Below, piece by piece: positions 1-9,427 of a DNA stretch of 53,870 bases. The notes below the pieces were generated by a model that did no database searches, was not told the DNA's origin, and saw nothing but the letters and a program-made list of their open reading frames with translations. Within the stretch, counting starts at the first letter, position 1. Each line of letters starts with the position of its first letter. The stretch is from the IMG/VR virus record IMGVR_UViG_3300037842_000514, one strand, 5' to 3'. This stretch comes from a virus. Position numbers and translations under genes: made by a program.

Positions 1-1370
1 AATGTAAATCTCTTTCTAGGTTTCCAGTTTTTTAATGTTGAATCTATATCTCTAACAAAATTATGACACATGTGTTTTGACGACATCCCGCCATCGTCAG
101 ACAATACAAACTCTCTACCAGACAAACCTTTCGATTTTCGGAGATCATGCCCATCATCATACCATTCTTTTAAATTATCAGCTACTTCATCAAATCTACA
201 TCTATCATCAAAAATATATGGTGTTGGAACTGAGCCTTGCAATGACCTACATGAAGGCCACACTGGCTTAACCCATTCACCGCATGTTAAATCTGGGTTA
301 TTTTTCCACTTTGTATCATCATGTAATGTATGAACCCACTCATAATCATCTGACGTTAGGTATTTATCTTTAAATTTAAAACCGCATTGGTCTTGCATGC
401 CACCAGTTACGTTTACTATAATAGGTGTCCCCGCCATAAGACTTTCAGCTGTACCTAACCCAAACCCCTCATTAGAAGCCATATTGACTGTAACGTCTGC
501 TATATTATATAAGAAATTTAAATATTTTGTATCTAATTTCTGATGTGAGAAGATTACTTTACAATCTGGTGCCATTTCTCTAGCAACCTCAGGCAGGTCT
601 GTCCCATTCTTATCAATTGGTTGTGTGTGCATAATTAAAGCGCATTTGGAAGACTGTTCTGGTGTTAGTTGATCGCAGAATGATTTGTATGCTAAAATAA
701 TATCACCTGGAACTTTTCGTCGTATATTTCTATTATTATAGAACATGACAAAATCTACATCAGGGCCTAAAACATTTGTTTTATATTTCTGAAATTCATC
801 CCACTCTTCATGAACTTCATCTAAAGGGTAAAATTGATCTTCGTTGATTCCATGTGGTGAATATGTTACCTGCCACGGTTCATATTCTGATCTAACATTT
901 TTTACAATATCAACAGTTTGTTTGGATATATTGAAAAGTGAATCCACTGAATCGTAATACTCCCTATTCCACATAGGCCATGGCATTGAATCCCATATAT
1001 TATAATACATGATTGGTATATGTTGTCTAATTTCATGCTCCATCTGAAACAACCACACCCAAAAGCGGGGATCAGTGTATATTAAAATACCATCAGGTTT
1101 ATCTACGTTGATCACTTCTCTCAACATTTCTTGATTACCATACCCACTTATAGGGTATATTTTTAAAGACGCATCAGTAATTCCCGTTTCCTTTCTAATA
1201 GCGTCATTCATATCAACTATCTTACCTTCTTCTGGATGTTTTATAGCACCACCCATTTGAACCCAATCGTATTTATGTAATGTGCCCATCACAAATTCTC
1301 TAGACATAGTTCCGACGCCACTGCTCATCCTCAAATCATCAGATAATAGTAATATTTTCTTTTTTGACAT
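1..1370 (-). CDS. GT-B fold glycosyltransferase (GT4-like), truncated at the window edge
   Basis: Absent from the ORF track because there is no stop in the window. Manual translation from ATG 1370: MSKKKILLLSDDLRMSSGVGTMSRE...NRNIRRKVPGD...ASNEGFGLGTAESLMAGTPII; EGFGL-x3-E is the GT4 nucleotide-sugar motif. Confidence 0.8.
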   Translation of the reverse strand, partial: MSKKKILLLSDDLRMSSGVGTMSREFVMGTLHKYDWVQMGGAIKHPEEGKIVDMNDAIRKETGITDASLKIYPISGYGNQEMLREVINVDKPDGILIYTDPRFWVWLFQMEHEIRQHIPIMYYNIWDSMPWPMWNREYYDSVDSLFNISKQTVDIVKNVRSEYEPWQVTYSPHGINEDQFYPLDEVHEEWDEFQKYKTNVLGPDVDFVMFYNNRNIRRKVPGDIILAYKSFCDQLTPEQSSKCALIMHTQPIDKNGTDLPEVAREMAPDCKVIFSHQKLDTKYLNFLYNIADVTVNMASNEGFGLGTAESLMAGTPIIVNVTGGMQDQCGFKFKDKYLTSDDYEWVHTLHDDTKWKNNPDLTCGEWVKPVWPSCRSLQGSVPTPYIFDDRCRFDEVADNLKEWYDDGHDLRKSKGLSGREFVLSDDGGMSSKHMCHNFVRDIDSTLKNWKPRKRFT

Positions 1371-1384
1371 TTATATCCCTTGTT

Positions 1385-1579
1385 TCAAAATCCACTACCG
1401 CTCACTGAGAGTCGGTCGTATTTGTTAATTTCATCTTTAAAATCTTCATCTTCAACATATTTATCCATTGATCTATTTACCAGCTTTTGTAAACTGAAAT
1501 CGTCTTCTATCGATATAGTTTTAAATCTTTTATATAACTCTATTAATATTTTAACTGATGTTAATTTAGTGATGCTCAT
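1385..1579 (-). CDS. small protein, possible ribbon-helix-helix DNA-binding protein
   Basis: 64 aa; strand-helix-helix pattern (LTSVKI / LYKRFK / SLQKLVNRSMDKY); GGGG-type RBS upstream. Confidence 0.45.
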   Translation of the reverse strand: MSITKLTSVKILIELYKRFKTISIEDDFSLQKLVNRSMDKYVEDEDFKDEINKYDRLSVSGSGF

Positions 1580-1616
1580 AGTAACCCCTTAACTTTATAT
1601 ATATATATATATCGAA

Positions 1617-2021
1617 TTAATTTAAAATTACTACTTTTTTATTTAAATCTTCAGCGTATCCTATAGTATTCAGCGTCCCTTTAGACACCTTACCTTCAGG
1701 TATAAACGCTATAATGCAATCACTATATTCAGCGATTTCTTTATTACGTTTAGCATAATACCAAACACCATACGGCTTACCATAATATTTAGATTCATTA
1801 ACACAGTGTTGATTATATGTGTAATGTGCTGGTGGGAATTCTGAGTATTTCATATCAAACTCTAGTGCATATTTCTTAGCTAAACCATCAGCTCCGAACT
1901 TTTGACCACCACTCACTATCTCAACATCATCGCCGAACTTTTCTTTTAATTTAAAGATAAACTCCTTAATCTTCTTACGGTTAGTGTACTCTCTGCTACC
2001 AACAATGCCAACTCTTTTCAT
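1617..2021 (-). CDS. SLOG superfamily (DprA/YspA-like) nucleotide-binding protein
   Basis: RVGIVGSR, IVSGG..GADGLA, RNKEIAEYSD.IIAF and SKGTLNTI motifs. Confidence 0.7.
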   Translation of the reverse strand: MKRVGIVGSREYTNRKKIKEFIFKLKEKFGDDVEIVSGGQKFGADGLAKKYALEFDMKYSEFPPAHYTYNQHCVNESKYYGKPYGVWYYAKRNKEIAEYSDCIIAFIPEGKVSKGTLNTIGYAEDLNKKVVILN

Positions 2022-2035
2022 AACATCCCCTATTT

Positions 2036-2064
2036 AATTTACAACATTATTCTATACAATACAA
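2036..2064 (-). promoter_or_regulatory. sigma70-like promoter TTGTAT-17 nt-TAAATT
   Basis: Intergenic, upstream of the 2021 start; same -10 context (TTG-TAAATT..AAATAG) as the site before polB. Confidence 0.5.
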
Positions 2065-2072
2065 CCATTATT

Positions 2073-2519
2073 TTACACCCCATCATTTCTTTTTTGTTTT
2101 CTCACCTGTTCTTTAGGTGATAGGCAAAACGATGCGCATTTGTTAAATTCTTCTATACCGTTTAAAATCCCATATGCGCCATAAGGTTCGGGATATTTAT
2201 AATTAAATCTAAAGAAAATATTCGAATAATTACATGCATCAGATTCTACATTATACCATACGTAATCACTTCTATCTAATTCATTATTGGGTCTAATTTT
2301 TGTTTTATAATGTAACACTTTTTCATATTTTAACATAAAATCTTTTAGACTAGAATGGGGTATCACGTCATCAGAATCATACCATAAATATAACTTGAAT
2401 TGTGTACTTAAATCTGAATACGACTTGACAATATTATCCATAACAACACTTTCATATGTAGTGTCTATAAAATCAGACAAATTCAATCTTAATGATAAAT
2501 TAATATATGGTGTTTCCAT
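2073..2519 (-). CDS. hypothetical protein
   Basis: 148 aa ORF in the operon, abutting the upstream gene. Confidence 0.6.
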   Translation of the reverse strand: METPYINLSLRLNLSDFIDTTYESVVMDNIVKSYSDLSTQFKLYLWYDSDDVIPHSSLKDFMLKYEKVLHYKTKIRPNNELDRSDYVWYNVESDACNYSNIFFRFNYKYPEPYGAYGILNGIEEFNKCASFCLSPKEQVRKQKRNDGV

Positions 2520-3391
2520 TATCGTTTCCTATCACATAGTTCTGGTTTAGTTTTAAACTCACACCATTTGCAATTCTTTGCAGAAGGTTCTTTTCTGTAA
2601 GTTCCGGTTGTTTTATATTCACCATCAATAAAAGCGTCATCTAAAAAACTATTAAATTGAATCATAGTCTTGTTTATAGATGGAGTTCCATTAGCTGGGG
2701 CGAATATTTGTATTCTCTTTTGCGGAAAATCGACTTTTTCGTACAATTTACGTTTAACTATAAAGAATTCAACATCTATACTATTCAAAGGTACGTTGTA
2801 TTGTTTTGAATAAAATTGCTTATACAACAATAACTGATCGCTTTTTACTTTATCTTGCTTCATCCACTTATTCCACCCAACAGTAGATGTTTTTATATCT
2901 ATAATTTTGATACGATTTCTAAGAGTATCCTTTATAGCTATATCAATAAAACCTCTAAATGAGATGTGGTCTGATACTTGATGCTTCAACTCAATCTCAA
3001 CACCCAATAACTCATATCCTCTTTTAGAAAAATATTTATTCCTATTTTTTTTCAAGTAATCTAATATCGTAACTCCATCGTAGTAAAACTCTACCATTTC
3101 ATCTTGAGTACAAGGTTCTACCCCAGACGAGCTCTTTGTTATATCGATAAACTGCTCTTTCATACTAGCTAACAACATTGCGTTTAAGTCTAGGGCATCT
3201 GCATCTTTAGCAGTTTTAGTATACATTATAGTTAAATACTCTTGTATCACTTCATGAGCTGCACTTCCAAAAAGTGTAAATATATTCCCATGAAATTCTC
3301 GCATATCATCGACATAATTTAGTTTCCACTTCCAAGGGCACTGAACCCATTGTGAGAACTGAGAATAGCTTACAGACTTTATATCACTCAT
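2519..3391 (-). CDS. PD-(D/E)XK exonuclease, RecB/Cas4-like, with a probable Fe-S staple
   Basis: SYSQ..QCPWKW at the N-terminus; GFIDIA...IIDIKTS nuclease motif; QLLLY; C-terminal CKWCEF...C. Confidence 0.8.
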   Translation of the reverse strand: MSDIKSVSYSQFSQWVQCPWKWKLNYVDDMREFHGNIFTLFGSAAHEVIQEYLTIMYTKTAKDADALDLNAMLLASMKEQFIDITKSSSGVEPCTQDEMVEFYYDGVTILDYLKKNRNKYFSKRGYELLGVEIELKHQVSDHISFRGFIDIAIKDTLRNRIKIIDIKTSTVGWNKWMKQDKVKSDQLLLYKQFYSKQYNVPLNSIDVEFFIVKRKLYEKVDFPQKRIQIFAPANGTPSINKTMIQFNSFLDDAFIDGEYKTTGTYRKEPSAKNCKWCEFKTKPELCDRKR

Positions 3392-3801
3392 TTATGCCAT
3401 TTCCCATTCTTTACAATTTGTGCTATTATACCATATACAGCTAAATCTGCAAAAGCATCCATCACCGGTTCAGCTTCACCTTCAACATCTCGTTTGATTA
3501 TAAGATTGATTAATCTATTTACCTTATCATTAATACGTACGACTAATGCTGTGAGTGATAGTTTAACATCAGATGTATCCTTTAGATCAGTTCCCATACT
3601 AATGTTACCTGGGCCGTAATCGTGATGTTTTATCGCGAATAGGTTATATTGTTCTCGTTGAATTCTTCTGAACTCAGCCATCAATTCCGGATATTCTCGT
3701 TCTACCAACTGAATTACGTTATCACTGTCGTGGTTGATATCTGCTTCGAGGTCATCGTTCCCGTATAATATACGTTTACTACCTTCTTTCAAGTTAGTCA
3801 T
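3388..3801 (-). CDS. Nmad1/DUF1599 nucleotide-modification-associated alpha-helical protein
   Basis: LFAIKHHDYG..NI, VRINDKVNRL.NL and DAFADLAVYGII motifs. Confidence 0.7.
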   Translation of the reverse strand: MTNLKEGSKRILYGNDDLEADINHDSDNVIQLVEREYPELMAEFRRIQREQYNLFAIKHHDYGPGNISMGTDLKDTSDVKLSLTALVVRINDKVNRLINLIIKRDVEGEAEPVMDAFADLAVYGIIAQIVKNGKWHK

Positions 3802-4346
3802 TATATTATCCTATCAATTATACCATATTTCAACGATTCTTCTGCTGTTAAATATGTATCTTGTTTACTAACTTCATCCCAGAATGTATGTGATTTGGTT
3901 GTAACGTCACCTAATATTCGATTAATATTCGACTGAAGCTTTTTTAAGTGATCTGCACCCTTCAGCACATCTGACGTCTTCCCAGCTTCAAATGCTGAGC
4001 CTTCATGTATCATCACTGTAGAATTTTCAGTCATAGTTCTCTCACCAGTACCACATGCTAGTATAACTGCTGCAGCTGACATAGCTGTCCCCACAGCATG
4101 GGTATTCACTTTAACTGGTAATGACTTAAAGTAATCAATAGTCCCTAACATTGAATATACATCACCACCATATGATGATATGATAAGATTAAGATCTTCC
4201 CCTCCATTATACTGAGACATTGCATCAAATCTAGACATAATTGAATGTAACTGATCTGAATCAATATCGTATGTTAGATATACTGTATTGGATTTGAGGT
4301 TGATGCCCCATTCTATTTGTTTAAACAGATTGTCTATACTACTCAT
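3801..4346 (-). CDS. clpP: ClpP-family serine protease
   Basis: SSYGGDV, AMSAA (catalytic Ser), MIHE (His), DTYLTAEE.LKYGIID. Confidence 0.85.
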   Translation of the reverse strand: MSSIDNLFKQIEWGINLKSNTVYLTYDIDSDQLHSIMSRFDAMSQYNGGEDLNLIISSYGGDVYSMLGTIDYFKSLPVKVNTHAVGTAMSAAAVILACGTGERTMTENSTVMIHEGSAFEAGKTSDVLKGADHLKKLQSNINRILGDVTTKSHTFWDEVSKQDTYLTAEESLKYGIIDRII

Positions 4347-4355
4347 GTGTTCCCC

Positions 4356-4832
4356 CTATCTTAGATTTAGTTTTTTTAACTCTTTAGGATCAACGCCATA
4401 TTTTGCTAATAAATCGTGAAGTTCAACTTTACCACCTTCAGTCATTAAGAACACTTCTACGTATTCATATGATTGTTTGATACTAACTTCGTAATGTTTA
4501 GAGATTGCCTCTAAAACCCATTGTGGATATTTCATATTATCTTTTTCCTTTATGTATTTAATATATTGTTTACGTTTAGGTATCACGTCTATATATAATT
4601 TATATAATATTTTAGGATCTAGCGTGTACTTTTGAAATTCATTTACAATTACAACCCATTCAGGTTTCATTGATAAAAACCTATTAATCATATAATTAGA
4701 CCATGATTTCTTATCCTCTAATGATAAGGTGTCCCAGTAGTCATTCGTTTGAACCGCTGTTAGGTGGTTCAGGTGTTCGAATAACGTTTTTCTTTTTACT
4801 GAAGATTTCTTCCCAATTTTTTTCCCACTCAT
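4356..4832 (-). CDS. clamp loader small subunit (T4 gp62-like)
   Basis: LF.HLN.L...YMINRFLSM...YIKYIK pattern; lies next to the clamp and large clamp-loader genes. Confidence 0.65.
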   Translation of the reverse strand: MSGKKIGKKSSVKRKTLFEHLNHLTAVQTNDYWDTLSLEDKKSWSNYMINRFLSMKPEWVVIVNEFQKYTLDPKILYKLYIDVIPKRKQYIKYIKEKDNMKYPQWVLEAISKHYEVSIKQSYEYVEVFLMTEGGKVELHDLLAKYGVDPKELKKLNLR

Positions 4833-4885
4833 CCTGTGTTATACCTCTCCTGAGCTTATCACCCTTACCCGCTGTATTTGATTTA

Positions 4886-5143
4886 TTATTCGGCATTATC
4901 TGGAAATACTCCACTTCCCTTTAACAATTTCTCAGGTACAGCACCACAATTCCCACAGCTGTACACCTGAACCGGTATTAGCGATTCTTTCCCTGTAGGT
5001 GACATTATCGCAGAGATCTTCTTTATGATAAATGAGTGGATAAATAGATAATTTCCGCACTTATCACACGATTCTGTATCAGCTTTAGTTAAATCTAACT
5101 CCTGATGTGGTGGTTGAAATTGTTTTTGTGCTTTCATATTCAC
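4886..5143 (-). CDS. hypothetical zinc-ribbon protein
   Basis: CDKC and CGNC pairs. Confidence 0.6.
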   Translation of the reverse strand: MNMKAQKQFQPPHQELDLTKADTESCDKCGNYLFIHSFIIKKISAIMSPTGKESLIPVQVYSCGNCGAVPEKLLKGSGVFPDNAE

Positions 5144-6063
5144 GGTTTTATAACTCCTAGTATTTCTATCATCATAGCCATAGTGTTAATTTCTTTATCA
5201 ACGACCACGACATCAGATTGTTCATATTTTGCTATAATTAATATAACTTCAGCGATATACCCTTTACCATAAGTATCAACACTATCGTATAACAGTCGAA
5301 ATAAATCTGCAAAATCTGTTATCTTACTATCAGCTAATAATTGCCTTATCGTGGTAAATGCTGATTTCTTATCTTGAGTTTGAATCACTTCCAATATCTT
5401 CAACTTGTAGTCGTTTTCAACAACGCTATGTTTATCTATAGACAATAACCCATTAATAGATTGACGTTGTAGTGAATTGATAATCCGTCTTATATCAGGA
5501 TACCCTGAATTGATTATCAAAGCTACATCATCTATACTATAATTGATATTCTCACTATCTAATATATTTGTCGAATGTATAGCTACTTCCCTTTTCGATG
5601 GTGGAATTGTTTGAAATGATTGACATCTACTTTGAATGGGATCTATAATACGCTCGATATAATTACAAGTTAATATAAATCTTGTATGTTTACTGAAAGT
5701 CTCCATTAAATTTCTTAACGCCGCTAGTCCTTGTGGTGTTATAAAATCAGCTTCATCTAATATAACGACTTTTAAATCTTTAAACCCAACAGATGATGCA
5801 AAACTTTTTATTTTAGTTCGTACTACATCTACACTATTCTCATCACTAGCATTAATGTACAAATAGTCACATTCAATATTATTAACGATTAATTTAGCGA
5901 GAGTGGTCTTACCAGTTCCGGCCTTTCCGTATAATAACAAATGCGGTAAGTCACCACTCTCAAGGTAAGCAGATACTTTACTTTTGAGATGATTATTCCC
6001 AATGTAAGTATCCAGTGTATTTGGCCGATACTGTTCTACCCATAATGTATGTTCAGTAGCCAT
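5140..6063 (-). CDS. clamp loader large subunit (RFC/T4 gp44-like AAA+)
   Basis: LWVEQYRP, GKAGTGKT (Walker A), ILDEAD (Walker B), QSRC. Confidence 0.93.
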   Translation of the reverse strand: MATEHTLWVEQYRPNTLDTYIGNNHLKSKVSAYLESGDLPHLLLYGKAGTGKTTLAKLIVNNIECDYLYINASDENSVDVVRTKIKSFASSVGFKDLKVVILDEADFITPQGLAALRNLMETFSKHTRFILTCNYIERIIDPIQSRCQSFQTIPPSKREVAIHSTNILDSENINYSIDDVALIINSGYPDIRRIINSLQRQSINGLLSIDKHSVVENDYKLKILEVIQTQDKKSAFTTIRQLLADSKITDFADLFRLLYDSVDTYGKGYIAEVILIIAKYEQSDVVVVDKEINTMAMMIEILGVIKP

Positions 6064-6064
6064 A

Positions 6065-6781
6065 TTAAGAATGACCCTGCTGAGCTACTAAATAGTACTC
6101 TGATTTAAAATCTCCAAGTTGAAAACTAATATGTAATAATCCACTATTAGATATTTCCATAATCCCTCCAGTACACTCTTTGTTAGCTATTAATATTTCC
6201 TTAAACAATTCAGCGTTAAATGATATATACTCAGGCATGTGTAATTCATTTGTGGATAACGCCATAGTAACTCTATTAGTGTTTGTTGTAGAATATCCAA
6301 TAACAAACTTCAAACCACCCCTATCCATTACAGTAAAAGTTGACGCATCTGGTAATGCTGATTTACCTCGTATAAAAGTTGTAGTAAAGTTATTAGTAAT
6401 ATCAACTCTAGTTTCAAACTCAGGCATATTCTTGAGTTTGGGTGGAGTTGAAATTATAGATAAATCTGCTAATATAAAATTGCAAGTTGAATTGGTATCA
6501 GAAAATGTTAGTGAGATGGGTTTGCCATTTATATCTACCACATCAATTTCCATAGAATTGTCAACTGTATTCAACAACCGTTGTAATTGACTAGTCGAGT
6601 AGACTCCAATATCTGCGTTACAAAACTTAAAATTATCAACTGACACGTTTCCTAGTAAAGATTTACTATCAGTAATAAATGACGTCGATAAAGTGTCACC
6701 TTTACATACCCATTTAACGCTATCAACATTCCCACCTAAATTGTACTTTACGATGAATTGTTCTAATTTATTTTTATCCAC
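6065..6781 (-). CDS. DNA sliding clamp (T4 gp45-like)
   Basis: Clamp-like sequence ending SEYYLVA; next to RFC. The ORF track starts at 6835, but GTG 6781, overlapping the upstream stop, is the more likely start. Confidence 0.75.
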   Translation of the reverse strand: MDKNKLEQFIVKYNLGGNVDSVKWVCKGDTLSTSFITDSKSLLGNVSVDNFKFCNADIGVYSTSQLQRLLNTVDNSMEIDVVDINGKPISLTFSDTNSTCNFILADLSIISTPPKLKNMPEFETRVDITNNFTTTFIRGKSALPDASTFTVMDRGGLKFVIGYSTTNTNRVTMALSTNELHMPEYISFNAELFKEILIANKECTGGIMEISNSGLLHISFQLGDFKSEYYLVAQQGHS

Positions 6782-7196
6782 GTTCTCTAATCCTTTTATC
6801 TTTTGCCCACATTTGTATTCGTTTTTTATTATCATAGGCCGTTATATGTGGATATCTGTCTTTATTAAAAACAGCTTCTCCTTTTTCAGCATATTCTAAT
6901 ATAGACGTTTGTTCTAATTTTAAAACATCTGGATGTGACATCTCAGATGGTTTTACTATCCAACCAACTTCAACTTCTTGAGCTATCGGACCTCTTAAAA
7001 TTTGCCTCCACGATGTCATATTATAAGTAGCACCTCCTCTATTGTAATAAAAGTCTAAATCACCACGTCTATGTGTGTTATCTAACTGAGCTATCGTTTT
7101 TGATGACGATCCTATATACATAACATGACCGGAAATGGTATTTTTATAAGCATAAACTCCACGTTTTATATTATCGCTCATGCCACACCTCACCAT
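6774..7196 (-). CDS. GIY-YIG-like endonuclease
   Basis: GVYAYKN...MYIGSS bipartite motif, followed by Arg and LEQ..I...N. Confidence 0.55.
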   Translation of the reverse strand: MVRCGMSDNIKRGVYAYKNTISGHVMYIGSSSKTIAQLDNTHRRGDLDFYYNRGGATYNMTSWRQILRGPIAQEVEVGWIVKPSEMSHPDVLKLEQTSILEYAEKGEAVFNKDRYPHITAYDNKKRIQMWAKDKRIRERG

Positions 7197-7686
7197 CTTT
7201 CATGTTATAATCACCAGTGTAAATACCTTGTGAATCTGATTCAGCAATAATAAATTGAGCTACACAAGCATCAACTTCTAAATGAGCGGTTCCTATGTGA
7301 TTATATAACATACCGCAAACTGGACCTTCGAACCCTGAATCGTATATACCAGAATGGACAAATAATCCGTTCCGATTTAAAGTTGATCTAGTATGTAACC
7401 ATCCAACATGCCCTTCTGGAACTTTTACATATACATTACTCATAAAATCATATGACCCCGTTCCAATTTCCCAAAGGCTTGACCTACCTACATTATCATC
7501 TACCATTGTAGGTGTTAGCTCTACTCTCGATCTGTGAGTTTTTCCATCTACATTCAACACAAAAACGTCATCTTGAACTTCCCACATCCTTGTCATTGGA
7601 ATATCCACCGCGTTAGGTTGTATACATTTAGACGGTACGTATTGAAGCCAACCATTATCAATCGCTTTTTTTGGATTAATAAACAT
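7171..7686 (-). CDS. trimeric dUTPase/dCTP-deaminase-fold protein
   Basis: QPNAVD, RSTLNRNG, GIYDSGFEG, AQF and C-terminal YTGDY. Confidence 0.75.
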   Translation of the reverse strand: MFINPKKAIDNGWLQYVPSKCIQPNAVDIPMTRMWEVQDDVFVLNVDGKTHRSRVELTPTMVDDNVGRSSLWEIGTGSYDFMSNVYVKVPEGHVGWLHTRSTLNRNGLFVHSGIYDSGFEGPVCGMLYNHIGTAHLEVDACVAQFIIAESDSQGIYTGDYNMKDGEVWHER

Positions 7687-8597
7687 TATCTTAAACCTCC
7701 ATCTACACCTTTATATATAACTGATATCGCATCATGTTTATGTAACGATTCGTGATGTGCACATACTACTACAAAGTCCAAAACCCTCGAATCTCCATCT
7801 AAAGCTTCATATGCAATTCTCCCAGCATCTTCACAAAATAGTAAATTTGAACCATTCAATCTAGCAAACTCCGCTTCATCTTCTCTCTTACACATAACCA
7901 ATACCTCTGTTGGTATAGCTTTACGCATAGTGAGTATTAAATCCTCGATTAGATATGGATCGTCAGGATTCAATTGAATGGTAACTTTTGCAGTACTTCT
8001 CTGTGAATGTGATACTACAGGCTCTCCAGTCTGTTCGTGGACATATTGACCCATTTCATACGAACAAGGACATGCTGACGAATAAATGTATTCGACTGTT
8101 AGAAATAACTTGACGTCGTTATTATGATCCATCTTACCTTCTAATATACACGAGTAATATTGCCATCCTTCTAGCTTAGATCTCAACGACATCTGTTTCA
8201 TTGGATAGTCGAATCTAAACTTTATATACGAATCTCGAGATTCAAGTTTATCTTTATAATCATTCAACACATCATGTAACAACTCAATACTCAAATCTGT
8301 ACTAAGATGATCATAAAGAGTTCTAACCAACCGTGACATGTTAATTCCTTTAGTCTCTTTCGTTAACGACACATATGCTGATACTGTCGTTTTTAACTTT
8401 ATCGCTTTACCTTCTTTTGAAAAATACTTGACTGGTACTTCAACACCTTTTACTCCAACTTTCTGAATATTAGCCTCTGCCCCTCTAGTGGATAGATAAT
8501 TCTGAACATCAGGTAAGTTATCCCAATCAACGTTCTTTGGTAAATCTGATAGTTGTATAGCTGGTCCAGATGATGGACATTGTTTTTCATTACTCAT
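7686..8597 (-). CDS. folE2: GTP cyclohydrolase IB (FolE2)
   Basis: LPDVQ, IQKVG, KGINMSR, SACPCS, HSQRS, NLLFCED, HHESLHKHDA. Likely start is MSNEKQ at 8597. Confidence 0.92.
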   Translation of the reverse strand: MSNEKQCPSSGPAIQLSDLPKNVDWDNLPDVQNYLSTRGAEANIQKVGVKGVEVPVKYFSKEGKAIKLKTTVSAYVSLTKETKGINMSRLVRTLYDHLSTDLSIELLHDVLNDYKDKLESRDSYIKFRFDYPMKQMSLRSKLEGWQYYSCILEGKMDHNNDVKLFLTVEYIYSSACPCSYEMGQYVHEQTGEPVVSHSQRSTAKVTIQLNPDDPYLIEDLILTMRKAIPTEVLVMCKREDEAEFARLNGSNLLFCEDAGRIAYEALDGDSRVLDFVVVCAHHESLHKHDAISVIYKGVDGGLR

Positions 8598-9427
8598 TAT
8601 TTGTTCTCCAAATGTATAGTTTTCCACACTAAAAAGTTATGGTCGACTGTTTCTATTTCTTTTTGATTTAACTTTTTGTCAAAATTTAATTTTTCCATTA
8701 TTATTTCATCTACATATCCATCTTGGATGGAACTTCCATTATACCCATATACGAAAGGCATAGATGTGTCGTTTGATCTTATAAAATCCCAACCATTATC
8801 ATAATAATACATCAATTCATTTACACCTACATTATCAGATCCGAGTAAGTGTAATTCTTTATTAAAGATATCTGGTGTCATTTTAGCTGAAACTAAAGCA
8901 TTTAAACACTTGATACGACCACTACTACAATTTCCACTTTCGTGGTGGTTTCCTATAAAACTCTCTGGCACTGCAAGCTTAGAAAAACCTATAACATCTA
9001 CATCATCAATGCGAATCAACTCTTCATAACACTTCATCCATTCGTCTTCAGATCTACCTTGAGGTATTGCCATAAATTTTGTGTTTTCAAACCCCAACGG
9101 ATTTCGCCGTTTCCAAAACTTCAAGAAGTCTTTTACTGAATCGACAGTGTCACTACCATTAAACAATACATCTATTGCACACACTTCATCTGGATTGATT
9201 TTCATAGCTGCATCATATACTAAATCTAACGATACTCCATGACCTTGTTCTTCAAACTCAAAAGCTGAATTATCCATTATCACGTATTTATTAGACTGCT
9301 TTCCGTAGAACTCAGCATACTTATCATCTTCTAATACTTTATGTGCGAGACACAAATGCCTATCACTTAACGTCGCATGACTATTCAGATGTGGTGTACT
9401 TGTGATGTAACAAATATCAATTTTCAT
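8597..9427 (-). CDS. TIM-barrel TGT/DpdA-like protein, putative 7-deazaguanine transglycosylase or nucleotide synthase
   Basis: VIMDNSAFE (compare TGT DSGGF), MAIPQG, LHLLG and IRSNDTS match the positions of TGT catalytic motifs; located inside the folE2/queD/queE cluster. Confidence 0.6.
   Translation of the reverse strand: MKIDICYITSTPHLNSHATLSDRHLCLAHKVLEDDKYAEFYGKQSNKYVIMDNSAFEFEEQGHGVSLDLVYDAAMKINPDEVCAIDVLFNGSDTVDSVKDFLKFWKRRNPLGFENTKFMAIPQGRSEDEWMKCYEELIRIDDVDVIGFSKLAVPESFIGNHHESGNCSSGRIKCLNALVSAKMTPDIFNKELHLLGSDNVGVNELMYYYDNGWDFIRSNDTSMPFVYGYNGSSIQDGYVDEIIMEKLNFDKKLNQKEIETVDHNFLVWKTIHLENK

Noticed and set aside
2519-3391. Cas4-like gene as evidence of a CRISPR system
   Set aside because: No repeat-spacer array or other cas genes seen; stand-alone Cas4/RecB-like nucleases are common in phages.
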